Source: an uncultured Planctomycetales bacterium (GTDB lineage Bacteria > Omnitrophota > Gorgyraeia > Zapsychrales > Fredricksoniimonadaceae). Taken from it: a stretch of 45,764 nucleotides of DNA. The translations under genes and the position numbers were made by a program. The notes below the pieces were generated by a model. That model worked only from the letters and a program-made list of their open reading frames with translations. It was not told where the DNA came from and did not search any database. The stretch spans positions 1-45,764 of the forward strand of contig CAZHGK010000005.1 of the NCBI GenBank assembly GCA_964532095.1, in the 5' to 3' direction. Positions 28,893 through 33,953 of the stretch are shown in pieces (the stretch's first letter is position 1; the number at the start of each line of letters is the position of its first letter).

Positions 28893-29564
28893 TTAGTAAT
28901 ATAACGTCGTTCCTGCCCGAAATATATTAAATTCACTCTTAATAACCTTCTTTATTCCTTCGTAAGACCTTAAATCGTTAATTTCCCATTTGCGATAAAT
29001 CGCCCAATTGCAGTAATCAACAATTTGTAAATCAAAATTTGATTTTGAAGCATGATGGAATATTTCATAAACTACCCCAGGTGGAAGCATTTCGGCTAGG
29101 AATATCTTTATAGCCTTTTCTATTGCCTTCTTTTTACGCTGAACAGGAATGTTATCCGTAAAAATAATCACTTTTGCAAATTGATTTAGATCGTACCCTT
29201 TTATTACATAACTCAATAAATACTTTAACATTTCTGGGTAAAACCTTGTTTCATCTCTTAAGGCTGGTCCTGTCTTACGTTTTTCAACAATTAAGCTATC
29301 AATACGGGTCTGATCAATATATCTATGGATTATATCAAATACCCCGTTTCTTACTGCCTGGGTATCCTCTGCTGCATGAAAGGCCTCAATCTCAACGCCT
29401 AATTCAATAAGATCGTATTTTAATTCACATAAATGCTTATATGCCTCGAATGGTCGTTCTTTTGAAAGGCTCGTTAAAGTAAAATATTTAGTCCCTCCAT
29501 TCGAAAAGTCTAAATTACCGCCCTCATCTAAGAAAATATAAAGAATTTTTTTCTTCTCTAACAT
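28893..29564 (-). CDS. DUF3800 domain protein
   Basis: 223 aa. N-terminal ILYIFLDEGGN (DUF3800 hhhDESG-type motif), FHAAED, and C-terminal SKSNFDLQIVDY (LQxxD). The acidic residues are spaced compatibly with an RNase H-like fold, which is my inference. Confidence 0.75.
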   Translation of the reverse strand: MLEKKKILYIFLDEGGNLDFSNGGTKYFTLTSLSKERPFEAYKHLCELKYDLIELGVEIEAFHAAEDTQAVRNGVFDIIHRYIDQTRIDSLIVEKRKTGPALRDETRFYPEMLKYLLSYVIKGYDLNQFAKVIIFTDNIPVQRKKKAIEKAIKIFLAEMLPPGVVYEIFHHASKSNFDLQIVDYCNWAIYRKWEINDLRSYEGIKKVIKSEFNIFRAGTTLYY

Positions 29565-29633
29565 TAATATTCCCTCAAACTTAAATTTCGATAATTATAG
29601 TATATTCCTCACCGTTTAATACAACTTTTCTTC

Positions 29634-29716
29634 TGCGCGCGATCGGCCCAGACCCCTTCCGCTCCGTCAAAACCTATGGTTGAGTGGGAGGGGTCTGGGG
29701 TGATGCTTCGCGCGCA
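29634..29716. ncRNA. 83-nt GC-rich long hairpin between the integrase and DUF3800 genes (candidate structured RNA)
   Basis: About 65% GC. A 9-bp basal helix (29634-29642 with 29708-29716) and an 18-bp upper helix (29647-29664 with 29682-29699). The upper helix is continuous on the plus strand with two G-U pairs, which become A-C mismatches on the minus strand. Confidence 0.4.
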
Positions 29717-29761
29717 TTCCGTCAAATTCCTTTGTGAATCATTGACTTATGAATCAGTAAA

Positions 29762-29809
29762 TCTACATTTTTTCTACATTTTGTAGAACTTTTGTAGACT
29801 TTTTGTAGA
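29762..29809. repeat. five phased TCTACA/TGTAGA hexamers (iteron/operator-like array)
   Basis: TCTACA at 29762 and 29773; TGTAGA at 29782, 29793 and 29804. Spacing is mostly 11 bp, each hexamer has a T4-5 flank, and the central pair forms the palindrome TCTACATTTTGTAGA. Confidence 0.55.
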
Positions 29810-29810
29810 T

Positions 29811-30836
29811 TTAAAAATTTAGCTTCTCAACCGCCTTATCTACATGCTCATCAGCCAAGTGAGAATAAACCATGGTGGTTTCGATGTCTGCATGGCCTAA
29901 TAGCTTCTTGACCGTAGGCAAGTCCACTCCGCTCATAATCAAATGACTTGCAAATGTATGCCTGAGTGTATGAATCTTGGTTACATCCGAAAAACCATGT
30001 TCTGTACTTATACGCATTAATTGTTTACGCAAATAGTTAGGATCAACCTTCTCTCCCTTGCGATGAAAGACATAGGGACAAGTATCAGCTTTTTGCTTCT
30101 GATTTACCAGCACTTCCATTAAACCATTATGAATTGGAATTTCACGTTCGGACGTTTTTGGACTCCAATCATCCTTATAACGAATTTTGATTTTCTTGCG
30201 CTGAAAATCTACATCGCTCCAAGTGAGATTTTCCAATTCACTTTTGCGCATACCGGTATGAAGAAAGGTATAGAAAATTGGATAAAGCCACTCACCGCAA
30301 TTTTCTAAAAGAGCCTTGGACTCTTCTTTGCTTAAGAACCGTGGCTTTTTGTTAGCTTCTTCTTTGAGGTCTTTAATCCCTTTAACAGGATTCTCTTTAA
30401 GATAACCCCAGCGCATACCGAGATAAAACATTGCTTTTAAACAAATCAATTCAATATTGATTGTTTTGTTAGCAGCGCCTTTTTTCTTGCGATAAGCCTG
30501 ATAATCTTCAAAAAATTTGGAATTTAGTTGGGATGTCTTTTTGATGAATGGAGATTTGTTTAGGAATTCTTTGAAATTATCGAGGATGGCTGAATAACGT
30601 CTTTGTGAGGATGGTGCATGGTGGGTTTTGCTGTAGACTAGGTATTCTTCAAACAATTGGTTTAATTCAATGTCTTTTTCAACAAAACCAATTTCTTGTC
30701 GCTCTAGCTTTACTTCAATGTCCTTTAATGCTAATTCCGCTGTTTTCTTTGATTTGCCTATGGCCTTACGGACTCTTTGGCCGTTGACACGATAATCAAT
30801 AAAATACCGACCAGCTTTAAATCTGAGACTTGCCAT
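29811..30836 (-). CDS. int: tyrosine recombinase / phage-type integrase
   Basis: 341 aa. HTGMRKSEL (Arg I), HTLRHTFAS (H-x-x-R) and GHADIETTMVYSH (His/Tyr). Adjacent to the tRNA-Ser 3' end. Confidence 0.92.
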   Translation of the reverse strand: MASLRFKAGRYFIDYRVNGQRVRKAIGKSKKTAELALKDIEVKLERQEIGFVEKDIELNQLFEEYLVYSKTHHAPSSQRRYSAILDNFKEFLNKSPFIKKTSQLNSKFFEDYQAYRKKKGAANKTINIELICLKAMFYLGMRWGYLKENPVKGIKDLKEEANKKPRFLSKEESKALLENCGEWLYPIFYTFLHTGMRKSELENLTWSDVDFQRKKIKIRYKDDWSPKTSEREIPIHNGLMEVLVNQKQKADTCPYVFHRKGEKVDPNYLRKQLMRISTEHGFSDVTKIHTLRHTFASHLIMSGVDLPTVKKLLGHADIETTMVYSHLADEHVDKAVEKLNF

Positions 30837-30861
30837 AAAAAACCCCCTTGTTGATGATTGT

Positions 30862-30882
30862 TGGGCACTTTTTGGGCACCAT
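30862..30882 (+). repeat. arm-type repeat pair (TGGGCAC x2), right arm
   Basis: TGGGCACTTTTTGGGCACCAT lies between the int start and the att core, 73 bp inside the right repeat. Confidence 0.55.
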
Positions 30883-30951
30883 CATCTTTAAGGGGGGTCA
30901 AGATGTTTGTAACTAATAATAAAATAATCAGTTACAAAATGCAATTAAAAC

Positions 30952-31041
30952 TGGCGGAGAGGGAGAGATTCGAACTCTCGATACCCTTTCAGGTACACAC
31001 GCTCTCCAGGCGTGCGCCTTCAACCACTCGGCCACCTCTCC
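30952..31041 (-). tRNA. tRNA-Ser (anticodon GGA), CCA encoded
   Basis: Hand-folded as GGAGAGG acceptor stem, anticodon stem CACGC/GCGTG with loop CTGGAGA, a long variable arm, and T-arm GAGAG-TTCGAATC-CTCTC. 90 nt. Confidence 0.9.
30955..30973. repeat. attR-type direct repeat inside the tRNA-Ser 3' end
   Basis: Identical 19-mer to 25896-25914. Confidence 0.85.
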
Positions 31042-31079
31042 ATCCAAAGAAAAATACTATATCATATACATCTACTGCA

Positions 31080-31139
31080 GGAGAGGTGTTGTGCCGATTC
31101 CATAATATCCGCCTACTAGTAAAGTAGGCCCACCTCTCC
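31080..31139 (-). other. 60-nt nested hairpin whose 5' end duplicates the first 10 nt of tRNA-Ser
   Basis: The minus strand reads GGAGAGGTGG...CACCTCTCC, with a 9-bp outer stem and an inner 7-bp stem (GCCTACT/AGTAGGC). It lies 39 nt upstream of the tRNA. Confidence 0.3.
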
Positions 31140-31159
31140 AAAATTTGGAACAAATTTTG

Positions 31160-31238
31160 GATCCTGAGTCTAACTTAAGACGAAGGATCTAAATTATCAA
31201 AATCACAGATCCTGAGTCTAACTTAAGACGAAGGATCT
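31160..31238. repeat. two identical 31-bp hairpin-forming repeats (31160-31190, 31208-31238)
   Basis: GATCCTGAGTCTAACTTAAGACGAAGGATCT occurs twice with a 48-bp period. Each copy folds as GATCCT/AGGATC plus GTCT/AGAC. The pair sits just 3' of the ABC-F stop. Confidence 0.7.
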
Positions 31239-31245
31239 TAAAACC

Positions 31246-32889
31246 TTACTTCAAACTTTCGTTCACACTGTAAAGCGCATGACGTTGCGTTTTAATAAGC
31301 TCATCTTCTAAATATTCATCATACTTCATCCCCATCCGGTCGATAAACCCATTGGGGGTTAGTTCAATGATCCGGTTAGCCACAGTCTGCACCAACTCAT
31401 GGTCATGGGATGAAAATAAAATCGTGCCAGGAAAACTTTCCATGCCTTTATTTAATGCGGTAATAGCTTCCAAATCCAAATGGTTCGTCGGCTCATCGAG
31501 GACAACCACATTGGCACCTGTGAGCATCATCTTCGAAAGCATGCAACGCACCTTTTCACCACCGGATAGCACACTCACACTTTTTAAACTTTCCTCGCCG
31601 GTAAATAACATACGGCCCAAAAACCCGCGCACAAAATTTTCATCTGTTTCTTTAGAATATTGGCGTAGCCAATCAATGAGATTTAAATCTACATTAAAAT
31701 ATTTATTATTGTCCTTAGGGAAATATGTTTGTGTCGTCGATACCCCCCATTTGAAACTTCCTGAATCCGCGGCAAGTTCCCCCATTAAAATTTGAAACAA
31801 GGTGGTTTTTGCCAAATCATTAGGCCCCACAAAAGCTATCTTATCGCCCTTATTAGCATGCAGGGAGAAATTTTTAAACATGGGCTGACCATCAATCATT
31901 TTAGTCAAATTTTCCACATGCAAAACATCATTACCAGCTTCTCGCTCCGGCTTGAAATTGATAAAAGGATATTTCCGTGACGAAGGTTTAATATCGTCGA
32001 TGGTCAACTTTTCTAGCATTTTCTTGCGGGCCGTTGCCTGCTTGGCCTTGGAAGCATTGGCAGAGAAACGGGCGATGAAATCCTGTAATTCTTTGCGACG
32101 ATCTTCAGTCTTCTTATTGGCATCTGACCGTTGGCGCAAAGCCAATTGGCTGGCCTCTAACCAGAAACTATAATTACCGGTAAATGTTTGAATCTTACCA
32201 TAATCGATATCACAAATATAGGTGCACACCTTATCTAAAAAATGGCGGTCGTGGGAAACCACAATGGCTGTATTCGGGAAATTAATTAGAAATTCTTCCA
32301 ACCACAAACAGGTATCTACGTCGAGGTGGTTGGTAGGCTCATCAAGGATGAGAATATCAGGATTACCAAAAAGAGCTTGAGCTAAAAGTACACGCACCTT
32401 TTGTGAACCTTCCAATTGCTTCATCAACAAACGATGATTTTCTTCAGGGATGCCCAAATCGCTTAATAATTTTCCAGCTTCACTTTCTGCATCCCAACCA
32501 TTCATTTCCCCAAATCTGGCTTCTAATTCTGACGCGCGCAAACCATCTGCATCGGAGAAATCAGCTTTTGCATACAGCGCGTCTTTCTCCTGGATGACCT
32601 GGTAAAGTTCCTTATGGCCCATGATGACGGTGGTGATAACATCATATTCGTCATAGGCAAACTGGTCTTGGCGCAACATGGACAGGCGTTTACCGCCCAT
32701 GATAGATACATTTCCCGTCGTGGTATCAATATCTCCAGAGAGGATTTTCAAAAATGTAGATTTACCGGAACCATTAGCCCCGATAATGCCGTAGCAGTTG
32801 CCAGGGTTAAAGGTGATATTAACCCCGTCAAATAAGATACGTTTGCCGAATTGTAAGGAAACATTGTTTGCTGAAATCATAGCCGCCAA
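31246..32889 (-). CDS. ybiT: ABC-F family ATPase, YbiT-like
   Basis: Two nucleotide-binding domains and no TM segments. GANGSGKST, LLDEPTNHLD twice, LSGGEKVR, and the linker FIARFSANASKAKQATARKK. The track start at 32889 is TTG; an ATG lies at 32878-32880. Confidence 0.88.
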   Translation of the reverse strand: MAAMISANNVSLQFGKRILFDGVNITFNPGNCYGIIGANGSGKSTFLKILSGDIDTTTGNVSIMGGKRLSMLRQDQFAYDEYDVITTVIMGHKELYQVIQEKDALYAKADFSDADGLRASELEARFGEMNGWDAESEAGKLLSDLGIPEENHRLLMKQLEGSQKVRVLLAQALFGNPDILILDEPTNHLDVDTCLWLEEFLINFPNTAIVVSHDRHFLDKVCTYICDIDYGKIQTFTGNYSFWLEASQLALRQRSDANKKTEDRRKELQDFIARFSANASKAKQATARKKMLEKLTIDDIKPSSRKYPFINFKPEREAGNDVLHVENLTKMIDGQPMFKNFSLHANKGDKIAFVGPNDLAKTTLFQILMGELAADSGSFKWGVSTTQTYFPKDNNKYFNVDLNLIDWLRQYSKETDENFVRGFLGRMLFTGEESLKSVSVLSGGEKVRCMLSKMMLTGANVVVLDEPTNHLDLEAITALNKGMESFPGTILFSSHDHELVQTVANRIIELTPNGFIDRMGMKYDEYLEDELIKTQRHALYSVNESLK

Positions 32890-32916
32890 TTATAACAAAA
32901 GCAGTGGTATTGGCAA
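32889..32916 (-). promoter_or_regulatory. near-consensus sigma70-type promoter abutting the ABC-F start
   Basis: On the minus strand, TTGCCA (32911-32916), a 16-nt spacer, then TATAAT (32889-32894). The -10 box ends only 8 nt before the ATG at 32880. Confidence 0.4.
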
Positions 32917-33011
32917 GCACTTTGGCGCTAAGTCGTTGTAAGTCAGCTAAGTCTATGCTAATGTATATTTCCTAAATTTTACCCCCCTTCTCTTTCAGGG
33001 TTTGAGTTTGT

Positions 33012-33065
33012 AAAAACGAAAACCCCAAAAGGGGATTATTAAGGGGAAAGATTGTTTCCCCTTAA
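33012..33065 (-). terminator. tandem hairpins plus T-tract (terminator or attenuator candidate)
   Basis: On the minus strand, TTAAGGGGAAA-CAATC-TTTCCCCTTAA (11-bp stem, 33039-33065), then CCCCTTTTGGGG and TTTTCGTTTTT (33012-33034). Confidence 0.4.
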
Positions 33066-33194
33066 GATATGCGGAGTAATTTGGTAGGAAGGGTATGACC
33101 GCGAGTCCTGAAAGGACGAGCACCAGAAGGGAAACCATAGGTTTCCCTAATGGAGAACGAGAAAACAAAAACGAAGTTTTTGTGAGCGAGTGAT

Positions 33195-33268
33195 GCGCCC
33201 GTAGTTCAATTGGATAGAGCACTAGTCTTCGGAACTAGGTGTTGGGGGTTCGAGTCCCTCCGGGCGCG
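33195..33268 (+). tRNA. tRNA-Arg (anticodon TCG)
   Basis: Hand-folded as GCGCCCG acceptor stem, anticodon stem CTAGT/ACTAG with loop CTTCGGA, and T-loop TTCGAGT. 74 nt with no encoded CCA. Confidence 0.88.
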
Positions 33269-33277
33269 TTTAATCCT

Positions 33278-33943
33278 ATGACCTATCTTTCCTCAATTAT
33301 ATTTCTCCTTACCCTTCTTGGCTGCACCATCTCCCACGCCAACATGATTGAACAATTAGAAGAATTACGGCCCTCCCTCGTTAAAATAAAAACCGAATAC
33401 CAAAGAATTTACGACCAAAAAATGGCCTCCTATGAACGTAGCGGCACTGGCATTATCATTGACCCGTCGGGCATTATCGTAACAAATACCCATATCATCT
33501 GGCATGCGCCCAAGGTCACTATCACCCTGCATGATGGACGACAATTTACCCCTAAACTTCTTTATGTCTCCCAAGAATACGATTTTAGTTTACTTAAAAT
33601 TGATGTGCCCGACCAACTATCCCCCATCACCTGGGCTAACACCCAAAGCGCCACCCTCGGAGAAACAATTTTTGCCATCGGCAACAGCGATATTGACCAA
33701 AGCTCCTTATTGCAAGGGAACATAAAAGCATTAGTACAAAACCAAACAAATGGTAATATTGAATTTATTGAATGTGATTTAAATTTACATCATGGCGACA
33801 GCGGCGGGCCGATCTTTAACAGCAACGGCCATTTATTGGGAATGGTGATGGCTAAACTAAAAGACCAAGACCGCACCAGCCTGGCCATAGCTGCTAATAA
33901 AATACGTGAACAGTATTGGAAATATCAGCACAACATGCCATAA
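33278..33943 (+). CDS. trypsin-like (S1) serine protease, probable lipoprotein
   Basis: GDSGGP catalytic Ser motif, TNTH (His) and a signal/lipobox ...LLTLLGC. Starting at 33278 avoids overlap with tRNA-Arg. Confidence 0.8.
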   Translation: MTYLSSIIFLLTLLGCTISHANMIEQLEELRPSLVKIKTEYQRIYDQKMASYERSGTGIIIDPSGIIVTNTHIIWHAPKVTITLHDGRQFTPKLLYVSQEYDFSLLKIDVPDQLSPITWANTQSATLGETIFAIGNSDIDQSSLLQGNIKALVQNQTNGNIEFIECDLNLHHGDSGGPIFNSNGHLLGMVMAKLKDQDRTSLAIAANKIREQYWKYQHNMP

Positions 33944-33953
33944 TTTGCTATTG

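Larger units (their letters stand above)
25896..30973 (-). mobile_element. 5078-bp integrative islet in tRNA-Ser(GGA)
   Basis: Exact 19-bp direct repeats, a tyrosine integrase next to the intact tRNA, an Xis/AlpA-like gene, paired arm-type repeats, and visibly AT-rich cargo all on one strand. Confidence 0.85.

Noticed and set aside
28795-29716. Integron attC sites flanking a DUF3800 cassette
   Set aside because: I found no R''/R' core sites (RYYYAAC/GTTRRRY). The integrase is a tRNA-targeting phage-type enzyme with its own att duplication. The two elements share no sequence with each other.
30858-31127. 89-aa plus-strand ORF
   Set aside because: It runs straight through the antisense of tRNA-Ser and the att core. 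It is not coding.
31160-31238. Possible mini-CRISPR array
   Set aside because: There are only two repeats, the spacer is 17 nt (far too short), no cas genes are present, and the repeat is itself a hairpin next to a gene end. A REP- or terminator-like element is more plausible.
33066-33194. SRP (4.5S) or 6S RNA upstream of tRNA-Arg
   Set aside because: The hairpin GTCC-TGAAA-GGAC followed by GAGCACC looks superficially like SRP helix 8. However, the flanks cannot form the required closing helix or conserved symmetric/asymmetric loops, and I found no long 6S-type helix. It remains unassigned.
32995-33222. Full 75-aa minus-strand ORF
   Set aside because: Its first 9 codons lie antisense to tRNA-Arg (33195-33268). 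Only the internal 47-aa version (from 33138) is kept, as a low-confidence alternative under findings.
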